A DNA stretch of 39,249 nucleotides from Candidatus Zhuqueibacterota bacterium. GTDB lineage: Bacteria; Zhuqueibacterota; Zhuqueibacteria; Oceanimicrobiales; Oceanimicrobiaceae. The stretch lies in contig JAABYK010000420.1 in assembly GCA_011775825.1 (NCBI GenBank), positions 9,145 through 48,393 of the forward strand. Reading direction: 5' to 3'. How positions within the stretch are numbered: the stretch's first letter is position 1; each line of letters begins with the position of its first letter. Below the pieces are notes generated by a model that saw nothing but the letters and a program-made list of their open reading frames with translations, did not search any database and was not told the DNA's origin. The position numbers and the translations under genes were made by a program. Shown piece after piece: positions 8,221-18,858 of this stretch.

Positions 8221-11064
8221 ATGTCCAACAAAATTATCATCAAAGGTGCTCGTGAGCACAACTTAAGGAACATTGATCTGGAAATCCCGCGCGATCGACT
8301 TGTGGTCATCACCGGGATCTCCGGGTCCGGAAAGTCGTCATTGGCGTTTGACACCATTTATGCCGAAGGCCAACGTCGGTACGTTGAGTCTCTCTCAGCC
8401 TACGCCCGTCAATTCCTGGGCTTAATGGAAAAGCCGGACGTGGATTACATCGAGGGGCTTTCGCCCGCAATCTCCATCGAGCAACGCAAGGCGAGTCAGA
8501 ATCCACGTTCAACCGTCGGCACGGTCACCGAAATCTACGACTACTTGCGTTTGCTGTTTGCCCGCATTGGAAAACCGTACTGTTACAATTGTGGTAAGCC
8601 GATTCAGCGCCAAACCGTTCAGCAGATTGTGGACAGCATTCTGGGCTTACCCGTGGGATCGAAAATTCAGGTTCTTGCGCCAATCATCCGGGGTAGGAAG
8701 GGTGAATATCGGGAGGTCTTCGAAGAAGCCCGCCGGGATGGATTCGTGCGAGTGAGAGTGGATGGCACCATTTACGATCTGGCAAATGAGATAAAATTGC
8801 AGAAGAACAAGAAGCATGACATCGAAATTATTGTCGATCGCTTGGTGGTCGACCAGAAAATAAACACAAGGTTGGCCGACTCCCTGGAAATCGCCCTCGG
8901 GATTGCGTCGGGGCTGGTGCTAGTCGATGTGGTGAACGGCGAACCCGATGGCAATAATCAGGAGCTGTTTTTTAGCGAGCATTTTGCCTGTGTGGATTGC
9001 AGCATTTCCTATGAGGAGTTGGCGCCACGCATGTTTTCCTTTAACAGTCCTTACGGAGCCTGTTCTGCCTGCAACGGTTTGGGAACGAAAATGGAGGTCG
9101 AACCCGAACTCGTGGTGCCCGACCCGAGTCTCTCCTTACGAATGGGCGCCATTGCTCCCTGGGGAGGAGACACTCAGAGAGGATGGTACTTCAACCAGTT
9201 GCGGGCGGTCGCCGGGCACTATGGTTTCGATCTCGATACGCCGTGGGAAGAGTTGTCGCCGGAGCATCAGAATTTCGTTCTTTATGGTTCAGATGGTGAA
9301 CATATCCGGTTTGTCTACAAACGCGAAGTAAAGCATGTCCACGCCGAATTCACTTCTAATTATGAGGGCGTGATTAACAATCTGGCGCGTCGCTACAAAA
9401 AAACCGATTCGAGCTACATTCGAAGCTGGATCGAAGAATATATGAACGTCAAACCGTGTCCGGAGTGTGGAGGAGCGCGTTTGCGAAAAGAAGCGTTGGC
9501 GGTTCGCATCGCCGACATGAACATTCAGCACCTTACGGCACTGTCAATCAAGAGAGCATTTGAATTCTTTTCAAAGTTGAGCCTAAAACAGCGGGACGAA
9601 GCCATCGCTCATCAGATTCTCAAAGAAATTCGGGAGCGGTTGGGGTTTCTGGTAAATGTAGGCTTGGATTATTTGACCTTAGACCGCAGCGCCGGCACAC
9701 TTTCGGGTGGGGAAGCACAACGCATTCGTTTAGCCACACAGGTGGGTTCGCAATTGGTGGGCGTCCTGTACATTCTGGATGAGCCCTCAATCGGTCTTCA
9801 CCAACGCGACAATAAACGGCTCCTCAATACATTGATGCAGCTCAGAGACCTGGGAAATACGGTGGTTGTGGTAGAACACGACAGAGAAACAATCGAAACG
9901 GCGGATTACGTTGTGGACCTTGGACCGGGCGCGGGCGTACACGGCGGGGATGTTGTCGCCACTGGCAGTCCGGAAGATATTTCGAAGAATGAAACGTCCT
10001 TGACGGGACAATACATCTCAGGTAAGAAAGAGATTCCCCTGCCGTCCAAACGCAGACAGAGGGATGAGAAATCTCTGACCCTCAAAGGCGCCTCAGGTAA
10101 CAATTTGAAAGAGATCGAAGTCCGGTTTCCATTAGGATTGTTTATCTGTGTCACGGGCGTGTCCGGATCGGGCAAAAGCACGTTAGTAAATGAAACGCTT
10201 TATCCGATTGTGGCCAGGAAGCTGTATCGATTTAAACAGAAACCTTTGGAACACCAGGACATTGCGGGCCTTGAATTTATTGACAAAGTCATCGACATCG
10301 ATCAGTCGCCAATCGGCCGAACCCCGCGCTCGAACCCGTCGACGTACACCGGGCTGTTCACTTACATTCGAGATCTCTTCGCCCAACTCCCCGATGCAAA
10401 GATTCGCGGCTACAAGCCGGGCCGATTTAGCTTTAATGTGAAAGGCGGACGCTGCGAGGCCTGCCAGGGTGACGGACTCATCAAAATCGAAATGCACTTT
10501 TTACCGGATGTCTATGTGAATTGCGAAGTGTGCAAAGGCAAACGCTACAATCGCGAAACCCTTGAAATCAAATACAAAGGAAAATCCATCGCAGATGTGT
10601 TGGACATGACGGTGAGCGAAGCCTTGAAATTTTTTGAAAACATTCCGCGAATCAAGCGCAAGTTGCAAACGTTGAACGATGTCGGTTTGGGGTACATTCA
10701 CCTTGGCCAGCAGGCAACCACGCTGTCTGGCGGAGAAGCGCAGAGAGTCAAACTCTCAACAGAGCTTTCCAAGGTCAGCACCGACCAGACTCTCTACATT
10801 TTGGATGAACCGACGACCGGCTTGCATTTTGAAGACATCAAGATGTTGTTGAACGTCTTAAACAAGCTGGTGGAAAAAGGCAACACCGTAATCGTCATCG
10901 AACACAATTTAGATGTCATAAAAACCGCAGATTATATCATTGACCTGGGTCCGGAAGGGGGCGACGACGGCGGACAGGTCATCGCCACCGGAACCCCGGA
11001 ACAAGTGGCCGCAATCGAAGGGTCTTATACCGGACAGTTTTTGAAAAAGGACCTCAGGCTTTGA
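8221..11064 (+). CDS. uvrA: Excinuclease ABC subunit A
   Basis: 947 aa. Two ABC ATPase modules ([28 protein letters not shown]; LSGGEAQR twice) and zinc-finger Cys pairs (CVDC...CSACNG; CEACQGDG...CEVCKG). Confidence 0.98.
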   Translation: MSNKIIIKGAREHNLRNIDLEIPRDRLVVITGISGSGKSSLAFDTIYAEGQRRYVESLSAYARQFLGLMEKPDVDYIEGLSPAISIEQRKASQNPRSTVGTVTEIYDYLRLLFARIGKPYCYNCGKPIQRQTVQQIVDSILGLPVGSKIQVLAPIIRGRKGEYREVFEEARRDGFVRVRVDGTIYDLANEIKLQKNKKHDIEIIVDRLVVDQKINTRLADSLEIALGIASGLVLVDVVNGEPDGNNQELFFSEHFACVDCSISYEELAPRMFSFNSPYGACSACNGLGTKMEVEPELVVPDPSLSLRMGAIAPWGGDTQRGWYFNQLRAVAGHYGFDLDTPWEELSPEHQNFVLYGSDGEHIRFVYKREVKHVHAEFTSNYEGVINNLARRYKKTDSSYIRSWIEEYMNVKPCPECGGARLRKEALAVRIADMNIQHLTALSIKRAFEFFSKLSLKQRDEAIAHQILKEIRERLGFLVNVGLDYLTLDRSAGTLSGGEAQRIRLATQVGSQLVGVLYILDEPSIGLHQRDNKRLLNTLMQLRDLGNTVVVVEHDRETIETADYVVDLGPGAGVHGGDVVATGSPEDISKNETSLTGQYISGKKEIPLPSKRRQRDEKSLTLKGASGNNLKEIEVRFPLGLFICVTGVSGSGKSTLVNETLYPIVARKLYRFKQKPLEHQDIAGLEFIDKVIDIDQSPIGRTPRSNPSTYTGLFTYIRDLFAQLPDAKIRGYKPGRFSFNVKGGRCEACQGDGLIKIEMHFLPDVYVNCEVCKGKRYNRETLEIKYKGKSIADVLDMTVSEALKFFENIPRIKRKLQTLNDVGLGYIHLGQQATTLSGGEAQRVKLSTELSKVSTDQTLYILDEPTTGLHFEDIKMLLNVLNKLVEKGNTVIVIEHNLDVIKTADYIIDLGPEGGDDGGQVIATGTPEQVAAIEGSYTGQFLKKDLRL

Positions 11065-11122
11065 ATTCCTCAGGTTTGGATAAATACATTAAATTTTTTT
11101 CCAATCTACATGGAAGGCTCAA

Positions 11123-11357
11123 ATGAAAACTAAGGTAGACATGACGCAGAAATCTTGCCAGATGGTCACATCTCATGTCCTCCCGAAATACGTGAAACTT
11201 TGAGCTTGAAAAAGGGGATAAGCTAAAGGTCTCAATAAACAAAGTCAAAAATAAGGCAGAGAGCGAAGACTCTAAAAGAAACATCTCACGACGAGGTATT
11301 TGGCCTCGGTTAAATCAAGTTGATGAAAAAGACATCGGTGAAGCAATAAGAGAATGA
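11123..11357 (+). pseudogene. AbrB/SpoVT-type (VapB-like) antitoxin gene, frameshifted
   Basis: MKTKVDM...DGHISCPPEIRETLSLKKG stops at 11218-11223. The next frame continues GDKLKVSINKVKNKAESEDSKRNISRRGIWPRLNQVDEKDIGEAIRE. The shift falls in the AAAAAGGGG run 11209-11217. The IPKEIRE.L.LKKGDKL.V motif is typical of AbrB-fold antitoxins. Confidence 0.55.
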
Positions 11358-11376
11358 GATAAGAAAATCGACCGAT

Positions 11377-11553
11377 TTGAGTGATAGTTTGAAAAACTAC
11401 TGCATTGATACCCATCCCTTTATTTGGTACTTGTCCAATTCGCGTAGATTGAGTAAGAAAGCGTCATCTGGTTGGAAACCGCGGAGTAAAGCTACGCTCA
11501 TAACCAAGGACTCAGAAATATGGAATAGCGCTGCTGTGCCAATTGTTTGGTGA
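11377..11553 (+). pseudogene. PIN-domain (VapC-like) toxin remnant with an internal deletion
   Basis: Reads LSDSLKNYCIDTHPFIWYLSNSRRLSKKA (PIN N-terminus with the first acidic residue), fused after a few residues to ATLITKDSEIWNSAAVPIVW (PIN C-terminus). About 58 codons remain instead of the ~130 expected. Confidence 0.55.
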
Positions 11554-11591
11554 ATTATAGTTACAAAGCCTTAACAAGAGGTTGTGATTCG

Positions 11592-12695
11592 GTGCTAACG
11601 AAAAAGAAAAACAAAACAGCGCTCTGTCTCGCGGGCGGCGGCCTCACTGGCTCCATGTATGAGATCGGGTGTCTAAAGGCATTGGATGAAATCTTTGAAG
11701 AGCCGCATTGTGTCAACGATTTCGATATTTTTGTAGGCGTGAGTGCGGGGGCGGTCGTTTCTGCTCTGGTCGCAAACGGCTACAAGCCGATTGAATTATA
11801 CGAAGGCATCGCACAACACACCAATTCTACACTCGACTTCAAAAGGAAGAATATTTATGACTTGCGTTTGAGCGAGATTTTTGAGGCCTTGGTCCCACTT
11901 TTCAAGCGCTTGCCCGCTCTGATCAGGTATGGCTGGAAAAACAGACAACAAGCCACGTTCATGGATTTGCTTTCCATCATGCAAGAGTTCATTCCCGCAG
12001 GGATTTTTTCTCTGCATAATTTGGACAAATTTGTCTCCGGTCTACTCTATCCGGATGGCAAGACAAATGATTTCCGAAATCTCGAAAAAGAGCTCTATAT
12101 TCCGGCGACAGAATTGGATACGGCTAAACGCTGGGTGTTTGGCGAAGGCGAAAATAACCAGGTGCCCATTTCAAAAGCCGTGGCCGCATCAGCCGCCATT
12201 CCGATATTTTTCCGACCGTATCGCATCAACGGACATGATTTCATCGACGGGTCCACTAGTCATGTGGCGCATTTAGACCTCGCGTTGGAACACGGGGCAA
12301 AATTGATTATCATCATCAACCCGACCTATCCACTTGAAAACGACTTCACTCGAGTTTGCTTGCCGACTTTTGACGGGGGTTGTGCGAGGCTGGTTGAAAA
12401 AGGCATGGGACTCATCAGTGACCAGGCGCGACGAATCGAAACCAAGACCCGATTCGAACTCGGGTTTGAACGCTTCCGAAGTGAGCATCCGGAAGCAGAC
12501 TATATAATTATTCAGCCCAAGCCTTCCGATGACCTTCTGTTTCTTCATGGGGTGATGGACTTTGATTCGAGGAAGTCCATTCTTAGCTATGGCTACAATT
12601 CTACCAAAATCTTTTTAAATGAAAATCTTGACACGTTTAGAAGTATATTTGAAAAGCACAAGATCAAAACCCGAAAGATCAAAGCCGCTGCTTAA
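11592..12695 (+). CDS. Patatin-like phospholipase family protein
   Basis: Oxyanion hole LAGGGLTGSMYEIG, nucleophile elbow GVSAGA (GxSxG), catalytic Asp FIDGSTS. There is no ATG near the 5' end, so the start is GTG 11592 or TTG 11547. Confidence 0.85.
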   Translation: MLTKKKNKTALCLAGGGLTGSMYEIGCLKALDEIFEEPHCVNDFDIFVGVSAGAVVSALVANGYKPIELYEGIAQHTNSTLDFKRKNIYDLRLSEIFEALVPLFKRLPALIRYGWKNRQQATFMDLLSIMQEFIPAGIFSLHNLDKFVSGLLYPDGKTNDFRNLEKELYIPATELDTAKRWVFGEGENNQVPISKAVAASAAIPIFFRPYRINGHDFIDGSTSHVAHLDLALEHGAKLIIIINPTYPLENDFTRVCLPTFDGGCARLVEKGMGLISDQARRIETKTRFELGFERFRSEHPEADYIIIQPKPSDDLLFLHGVMDFDSRKSILSYGYNSTKIFLNENLDTFRSIFEKHKIKTRKIKAAA

Positions 12696-12900
12696 ACTAA
12701 GTGCCTAAGAATCTAAATCAATTAAGTGTAGAGTATTTCGAAAAAAATCCAAAGCGAAGAGAGCAGGCCGAGAAGCGACTCTTGGCACTCTTCGCTCCAC
12801 GCTTCCGCTCAACATTGATACATAGTCGAACTGGGCCCTGCGACCTCAATGCCCCATCAGGAAATCTTAAATGGAACACTAACTCACTTAAAGGTGTCCC

Positions 12901-12937
12901 AAAATAAAACGGCCAGTACCGCATGCGAGTACTGGCC
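12901..12937 (-). terminator. Rho-independent terminator downstream of the response-regulator gene
   Basis: 9-bp GC-rich stem ggccagtac/gtactggcc with a 9-nt loop (12911-12937). On the minus strand it is followed by GTTTTATTTT. Confidence 0.6.
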
Positions 12938-13019
12938 TTCCCCCTAATCCCGTATGAACAAAAGGGATTTTGTTCTTATCCGTTGTTGCCCGTGCTACGA
13001 TGCGTTGGGATTAAGGTGC

Positions 13020-13403
13020 TTATGAGGCAGCTACGGGAGCCGCCAATTTTTGCAAATCCGAAACGAGTTGCTTGTTTTTTATAGGCTTGTATAAAACGCC
13101 ATCCGCCCCATTTTGCTGGATCGTACCTTCCAGAGATTTATGTTCATCCTCCAATATGGTCATCACTTTGAGTTTGCTGTATTTCTTCTTCACCTTTTTT
13201 ATGAAATCGATGCCGGTTTTGCCGTTGGTCCTAAACTGATTGAAGTCGTAGTCCATCAACAATATATGCGGCTTTGCTTTTCTGAGCAGGTACATTGCTG
13301 ATTGAATGTTTTCGGCGATTTCGATCTTATAAGAATCGCATAGGGCAAGATAGATCTGCATTTGCGACCCAAGCTCATCGTTGAGCAGCACGATTTTGGT
13401 CAT
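13020..13403 (-). CDS. Single-domain response regulator (CheY-like receiver)
   Basis: KIVLLNDELGS..., phospho-acceptor context PHILLMDYDF, KVMTILED, LYKPIK. No output domain. ATG 13403 preferred over the TTG at 13439. Confidence 0.8.
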   Translation of the reverse strand: MTKIVLLNDELGSQMQIYLALCDSYKIEIAENIQSAMYLLRKAKPHILLMDYDFNQFRTNGKTGIDFIKKVKKKYSKLKVMTILEDEHKSLEGTIQQNGADGVLYKPIKNKQLVSDLQKLAAPVAAS

Positions 13404-13544
13404 GAGAATTGAAAATTTAGTCAGAGTTGCGGTTCCCAAGGTGCGTGATTTTCATTTTTATATTAAGGGCAAGCGAGGATTTTTGCGGAAAGCAGAAATT
13501 CCAAAAACAGAGGAATCTTGGGTAAAGCAGTCTTTTTGCTTATC

Positions 13545-14345
13545 TCAATCTGAAGAAGGCAAAGGACCCTTGTTTTGCTTATTCTCTGTTAGCCGGTAAA
13601 GCCACTTCAGGCCATAAAAAGCGACGGCCGTTGCGATGACCAGGATTGGCGGATAGACGTGGCCATTCCAATTGTACCATTCGAATTTTCCCTCCAGATT
13701 CAGGTAAATGAATGCAAACGCGTTGTTGATGGCGTGAATGATCGCACCGGGCAAAATGCTATCACAGCGCCAGGCCAAAAAGCCGAGTACCAAACCCAAA
13801 AGTAAAATTTGAATTAACCACGGCATGAGGTGAAAAAACGCAAAGATCAGGGCGGAGAAGAAAATTGCATAAGGAATTTCCAATCGGGCTTCCAGGCTTT
13901 TGAGCAACATTCCCCGGAACAACATTTCCTCAATGATTCCCGCGACCACTACTGCCGCAAAAAACAAGATCAGCGTCTCCAAAACCGAATCTGCCACCAA
14001 TATTCGAGAAAGCACCTCCTCGAATTCCGGCGGCACTTTTATAAAGCGACTGATGATTCGGTCCAACTCGTCCATCAAAATCGTGAGAGAACACCCCAAT
14101 CCGATACTGATAAGGACAATGAGCCTGTCAATTCGCTTGAGCCGAAAAACCTCCTTAAAGTCGTACTGCTTGTGATTAATGTAAAGAAGGGTTGGGATAA
14201 TAATGCAAAATTCTCCCAGCAGGAGTTGCAAAGAAGGTAAATAGCGAGAAGCAAAATAGGCCACCGGCATGGCTAAGACAAAACCGAATAAGATAAAGCC
14301 AATACTTACCTGAAGACTCGGGTGGGAGGGTCTAACCTCATTCAT
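13545..14345 (-). CDS. CPBP family intramembrane glutamic endopeptidase (CAAX protease/Abi family)
   Basis: Polytopic membrane protein with the motifs GIIEEMLFRG (EExxxR), FFHL and IHAINN. Start is ATG 14345 or TTG 14363. Confidence 0.85.
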   Translation of the reverse strand: MNEVRPSHPSLQVSIGFILFGFVLAMPVAYFASRYLPSLQLLLGEFCIIIPTLLYINHKQYDFKEVFRLKRIDRLIVLISIGLGCSLTILMDELDRIISRFIKVPPEFEEVLSRILVADSVLETLILFFAAVVVAGIIEEMLFRGMLLKSLEARLEIPYAIFFSALIFAFFHLMPWLIQILLLGLVLGFLAWRCDSILPGAIIHAINNAFAFIYLNLEGKFEWYNWNGHVYPPILVIATAVAFYGLKWLYRLTENKQNKGPLPSSD

Positions 14346-14369
14346 CTCGTTATTTAATTCCAATTTCTG

Positions 14370-15212
14370 TCAGTCTCCTTTCATCTGACGAGTCATTTCC
14401 GCCAATATGATTCCGGTCGCTACTGCGACATTCAGAGATTCGCCTTTTCCCAGCCGCGGTATGCTTATGTTGTTGATCGCCATTTGTTTGATGTTTTCAT
14501 GAACACCTGAAATCTCGTTTCCCAAAACCAACACACTTTTGGCACCATATGGTATTTCTGAGTACAAATCGTTACCATGAGCATCGGTGACAAGTATCTC
14601 GTAGCCCCGGTCTTTCAACGTCGTTAATGTGTCCGACAGATTCAACTTTTCAATAATTGGCAGGTGAAATGTGGCACCCATGCTAGCGCGCAATACTTTC
14701 GGATTCGTGAATTCCACGGAATTCCGGCTTGTTAAGATGCCACCGACCCCGAACCATTCGGCCGTCCGGATGATCGTCCCAAAGTTGCCCGGATCATTGA
14801 TGTCGTCGGTGGCGATCAGCATTTTGGCGCTCCGTATGAGGTCATCTAGTCTAAACTCTCTTTTTCTAACTATGCCGACGATACCTTGAGATCGGACCGT
14901 ATCCGTTAAACGCTGGAGCGATTTCGTGTCGATCTCTGTAATAGGAGTATCCGCTTTTTGAAACCGTTCTACTAAACTTCGTGCCCGATGGGAAGTCACG
15001 CTGGTAGGGCAGTACAGGATGGTTTCGACTTCATAATTCGAACGCAGGATTCCTTCACACAGGCGCACTCCTTCAATCAAAAACCGGTCTTCCCTTTCCC
15101 GGTTTTTCTTTAGTTTTAAAGAGGCAAAATATTTGAGCTTGTTTTTTGAAATCAAAGGTCTGAAATGAATCCGGGAAGGATGATATAGAGGTTCACCGTA
15201 AGAGGCTATCAA
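14370..15212 (-). CDS. TrmH/SpoU-family RNA 2'-O-methyltransferase (RlmB-like)
   Basis: N-terminal substrate-binding region FLIEGVRLCEGIL. SpoU motifs DPGNFGTIIRTAEWFG, VLVLGNEISGV and IPRLGKGESLNVAVATGI. TTG start lies 1 nt after the upstream stop. Confidence 0.85.
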   Translation of the reverse strand: MIASYGEPLYHPSRIHFRPLISKNKLKYFASLKLKKNREREDRFLIEGVRLCEGILRSNYEVETILYCPTSVTSHRARSLVERFQKADTPITEIDTKSLQRLTDTVRSQGIVGIVRKREFRLDDLIRSAKMLIATDDINDPGNFGTIIRTAEWFGVGGILTSRNSVEFTNPKVLRASMGATFHLPIIEKLNLSDTLTTLKDRGYEILVTDAHGNDLYSEIPYGAKSVLVLGNEISGVHENIKQMAINNISIPRLGKGESLNVAVATGIILAEMTRQMKGD

Positions 15213-15215
15213 GAT

Positions 15216-15686
15216 CTACTGGTTAAAGTATTTTTCTTCCTCGGACGTAATCACGTCCAGCATTTGTTTGGGCGCGCGGCTTTCAAGCAGACGGTCCCGA
15301 AATTCTCTCTTATGCATGAGTCTCGAGATACGGCTGAGCGCCTTGAGATGAGGGCCAGTTTTGTCTTCCGGACCCACTAACAGCCAAACCAGACGAACGG
15401 GTTTATCGTCCAGCGACTTAAAATCAATTGGTTCCCTGGTAATGCCCAAAGCAGCGATGATGTCATCAACACCATTAGATTTTCCGTGGGGAATGGCAAC
15501 CTCTTCCCCCACCCCTGTACTCATAACCGCTTCACGATCTAAGACGGCCTTGAGGATTTGGTCTTTGTTTTTCAGGTTCACTGACCGGTCGATCATGTTC
15601 ACCATTTCTTCGATGATTCTTTCCTTCTCTAAACTTTCCAGAGGAATCTTAACGCGGTCTTCCGTCAGAATATCCTTCAATTTCAT
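15216..15686 (-). CDS. ptsN: PTS EIIA(Ntr)-type (fructose/mannitol-family EIIA) regulatory protein
   Basis: MKLKDILTEDRVKIPLES..., MSTGVGEEVAIPHGKS (phospho-His context), VRLVWLLVGPED. Start taken at ATG 15686. Confidence 0.75.
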   Translation of the reverse strand: MKLKDILTEDRVKIPLESLEKERIIEEMVNMIDRSVNLKNKDQILKAVLDREAVMSTGVGEEVAIPHGKSNGVDDIIAALGITREPIDFKSLDDKPVRLVWLLVGPEDKTGPHLKALSRISRLMHKREFRDRLLESRAPKQMLDVITSEEEKYFNQ

Positions 15687-15772
15687 CAATATACCATCCC
15701 CGATGCACAAATCAGACACTTAAAAAGCCATTACAGATAGTTCCGTGTAATGGCTCTTGGAATGAGTTAAAG

Positions 15773-15846
15773 CGGGAGCGACGGGATTCGAACCCGCGAT
15801 CTCCGGCTTGACAGGCCGGCGTGTTAACCAGCTACACCACGCCCCC
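15773..15846 (-). tRNA. tRNA-Asp (anticodon GUC), CCA not encoded
   Basis: The reverse complement folds as a cloverleaf. Acceptor GGGGGCG/CGCUCCC; anticodon stem-loop GCCGGCCUGUCAAGCCGG with GUC; T-arm GCGGGUUCGAAUCCCGU. Confidence 0.92.
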
Positions 15847-15859
15847 CCCTTTTGTTCAA

Positions 15860-16123
15860 CTATTGTTCTTTGTTTTTTTCTTTCGTCTTCCCCGAATAAA
15901 GAATCGCTACTGGAATGAGCACACAATAACCAATGACCAACAATATCGGGGCTAAAGTTAGAGTAAGAAAACCGTCTACGGGCGGCTGCGCCAACGCCCA
16001 ATAACCCACCAGTAGAACTAAGATTGCAAGTCCAAAAAGTTGATAGTTCCTTTTGGTGTGAGGAAGGCCGGTTTTCTTAACTCTGCCTCGATACTTTTCT
16101 TTTTTCCTTATTTTTTGTGCCAT
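15860..16123 (-). CDS. Small two-TM membrane protein (DUF3098-like)
   Basis: Basic N-terminus MAQKIRKKEKYRGRVKK, then NYQLFGLAILVLLVGYWAL and ILLVIGYCVLIPVAIL. Family assignment is by eye only. Confidence 0.55.
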   Translation of the reverse strand: MAQKIRKKEKYRGRVKKTGLPHTKRNYQLFGLAILVLLVGYWALAQPPVDGFLTLTLAPILLVIGYCVLIPVAILYSGKTKEKNKEQ

Positions 16124-16311
16124 GATTTTTTTCAAACCAAAAATATAGCTAAATAAACCTTCAGAGTCAAGGGAAATGTAAACACAGCTCGAATAAAATC
16201 AGTACGTGATCTGATTAAGTCTGTCAGTTACAGATTTTCGCAACTTATTACTTTTTTCTTTGACATTATGTTAATATTTTAATATATTTTGTCGTTCATC
16301 CCCAAGTTGCT

Positions 16312-18558
16312 ATGCCTTGTCAAATGCGATCTCTATTTATACAAATTCTTTCTATCCTTCTGTTCACCCATGCTATTGGCTTAGCGAAATCACCTCTCAA
16401 GTCGAAAAACAAGCGACGGGCACCTTTCGAGATAAACGTGTACCGGAGTACGAACACACCTCCGGACTTAGATGGCCAGCTCAGCAAGGACGAATGGAAG
16501 GATGCCTCCTTTATCTACAATTTCACCCAAAAGGAACCCGAAGAGGGCGAAGTTGCCTCCGAACGGACATTCGTGCTGATTACCTACGATGAACGCAATG
16601 TCTACTTTGGCATTCGCTGCTATGACAAGCAGCCCAAGAAAATCGTGGCTACGGAAATGCGTCGTGACTCTAATCTCTCCGATAATGACTATGTTGAAAT
16701 CATCATCGACACTTTTCATGACCAGCGAAATGCTTACTATTTTGCGACCAATTCTCTTGGCGCCCGGCTTGACTCCGAAATCAAAACAGAAGGTACGCAT
16801 ATAAACTGGGATTGGGATGGGGTTTGGTTCTGCAATGCCTCCAGAGATAAACTCGGATGGACGGCTGAAGTCGCCATCCCATTTGAGACGCTGAGATTCA
16901 AGAGCAAAGATGATCTCACGTGGGGAATTAATTTTGGCCGATATATTCCGAGAAAGCGCGAAGAGTCTTATTGGTCTCCCATCTCTCGAGATGATGATTT
17001 TGACAATTTTGGCAAATTCAAGGCGTCAAAATTCGGTGTCATGCGTGGACTCAGAAATGTCACGCATGACAACCGCATCAGGGTGAAACCTTACACAATC
17101 GCAGGCGTGGAAACCAATTTTTCCGGCACCAATTCAACCGAAAAACTGGCTGATATTGGCTTGGACGCCAAAGTGAATCTTACTTCCAACCTCACTTCTG
17201 ACATCACAATCAATACCGATTTTGCACAAGTGGAAGCAGACCAGGAGCAAGTCAACCTATCGCGCTTCAATCTGTTTTTCCCGGAAAAACGCGACTTTTT
17301 CCTCGAAGGGCTTGATATTTTCAACATAGGTGAAGAATCCGCGGGCGAACCCTTCACACTTTTGTTTTTCAGCCGCCAGATTGGCTTACATAGAGACAGC
17401 ACGACTTTCGAGTTTAAGGAAGTGCCGATTACCGGCGGAGTGAAAGTCACGGGAAAAGAAGGTCCTTATGAATTGGGATTTCTCAACGTCTTCACAGAGG
17501 ACTTGGAATACACGAATATGTTCAATCAAACCACACACATTCCAAAAACGAATTATTCTGCCTTACGCGTAAAACGTGATATTTTCAAACGTTCCCATGT
17601 TGGATTTATGGGGCTAAGCAAAGACCCCGTTGATGGCGGAAATTACAATCGTACCTTCGCCGTGGACGGCCTTTTTTCGTTTGATAACAACATTACTGTG
17701 AAGGGCTATCTGGCAAAAACGTTCACGCCAGGACTGGAAGGAAAAGACTACAACGGATTCTTTGATTTTTCCTGGGGCAATGACCTGGTCTACACTCGGG
17801 CATCTTACACGGACATCGGAGAAAATTTTAATCCCGAGATGGGATTTTTGCAGTGGACGGATATTCGAAAATACAATATGCAATTCTCTGTAAGCCCCAG
17901 GCCCGACTTTCTAAGTCTCAAACAGAGCCACTTCTCTTACGATTTGAATTACATCACGGATCACAACAATGAGCTTCAATACCGAACCATTCAGACGGGT
18001 TTGTTCAATGTCTTCCGAGATGATTCTTTTCTCTTTCTCGGATTGTTGAACGTTTATGACAATTTGCCTGATGGCTTCTATTTAGAAAACACATTTGTGG
18101 AGCCCGGGATTTACAATTACAACATCTTCGGCTTAAGCTACACATCAGATCTGAGTCGCAAGATCAGTGGAGCCCTTGACGTTGCCGCGGGAACATTTTA
18201 CGACGGCACCCTGTACGGGGTCACCCTCACCAACTACTTAAAACCGAACGACAAGTTTAGTGTAGATTTGACCTATGACTGGAATCGGGTAGAGGTGCCA
18301 TTTGACAACGGAGAATTCACGACTTCAATTCTGGGAACGCGGTTTTCCTATTCTTTTTCCCCAAATCTGTTCACAAAAGCCTATATCCAGTGGAACCATT
18401 TCGACAAACGAATTGTCAGTAATTTTCTTGTAAATTTTATTCATTCTCCCGGAAGTGATTTTTACTTAGTTTATAATGAAGAATGGGACACGAGTGATGG
18501 CTTCTCAACCTCAAACCGCACGGTCCTCGCAAAACTAACCCACCTCATAAATCTTTGA
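16312..18558 (+). CDS. DUF5916-family outer-membrane protein with N-terminal CBM9/DOMON-like domain
   Basis: 748 aa. Signal peptide; N-terminal D..L.EW..A...F.Q.EP..G-type CBM9-like segment; long beta-rich C-terminal body ending in aromatic/aliphatic residues. Confidence 0.65.
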   Translation: MPCQMRSLFIQILSILLFTHAIGLAKSPLKSKNKRRAPFEINVYRSTNTPPDLDGQLSKDEWKDASFIYNFTQKEPEEGEVASERTFVLITYDERNVYFGIRCYDKQPKKIVATEMRRDSNLSDNDYVEIIIDTFHDQRNAYYFATNSLGARLDSEIKTEGTHINWDWDGVWFCNASRDKLGWTAEVAIPFETLRFKSKDDLTWGINFGRYIPRKREESYWSPISRDDDFDNFGKFKASKFGVMRGLRNVTHDNRIRVKPYTIAGVETNFSGTNSTEKLADIGLDAKVNLTSNLTSDITINTDFAQVEADQEQVNLSRFNLFFPEKRDFFLEGLDIFNIGEESAGEPFTLLFFSRQIGLHRDSTTFEFKEVPITGGVKVTGKEGPYELGFLNVFTEDLEYTNMFNQTTHIPKTNYSALRVKRDIFKRSHVGFMGLSKDPVDGGNYNRTFAVDGLFSFDNNITVKGYLAKTFTPGLEGKDYNGFFDFSWGNDLVYTRASYTDIGENFNPEMGFLQWTDIRKYNMQFSVSPRPDFLSLKQSHFSYDLNYITDHNNELQYRTIQTGLFNVFRDDSFLFLGLLNVYDNLPDGFYLENTFVEPGIYNYNIFGLSYTSDLSRKISGALDVAAGTFYDGTLYGVTLTNYLKPNDKFSVDLTYDWNRVEVPFDNGEFTTSILGTRFSYSFSPNLFTKAYIQWNHFDKRIVSNFLVNFIHSPGSDFYLVYNEEWDTSDGFSTSNRTVLAKLTHLINL

Positions 18559-18858
18559 CCGGAGTCTATCGAATTACTCAAGGCTCGTGATTTATTTTTG
18601 TCTTCTCAATTAAATTCCTTGCTTTAATTTTGCAATTTTGTTAAAATATGGTCGCTTTGGATTTCATACCTAAGTTCTTCATTCTTAGAAACTTTTTAGC
18701 TTTCAGTTTTGCATTTTCATGAAGTATCCAGTATTAACAAGCTGTAAGCGGGGTGATTTTCATAAAACAGAAGTACGCAGGATTAGATAACAGGATCAGT
18801 GCTTGAACCTGTTTCCAATTTAGTGGAATTCTTAAATCTGATTCCAGAGTCATTTATT

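Noticed and set aside
11054-11284. 76-aa minus-strand ORF downstream of uvrA
   Set aside because: The plus strand of the same interval carries the recognisable AbrB-type antitoxin remnant, and the minus-strand translation has no features.
12701-12924. Overlapping 68-aa ORFs on both strands in the patatin/response-regulator intergenic region; also considered as an ncRNA locus
   Set aside because: They have non-ATG or weak starts, no RBS and no family resemblance. I recognised no conserved RNA motif (SRP, tmRNA, RNase P, 6S). Only the terminator hairpin at 12911-12937 is reported.
15720-16001. 93-aa minus-strand ORF
   Set aside because: It runs straight through the tRNA-Asp gene and overlaps the better-supported small membrane protein gene in another frame.
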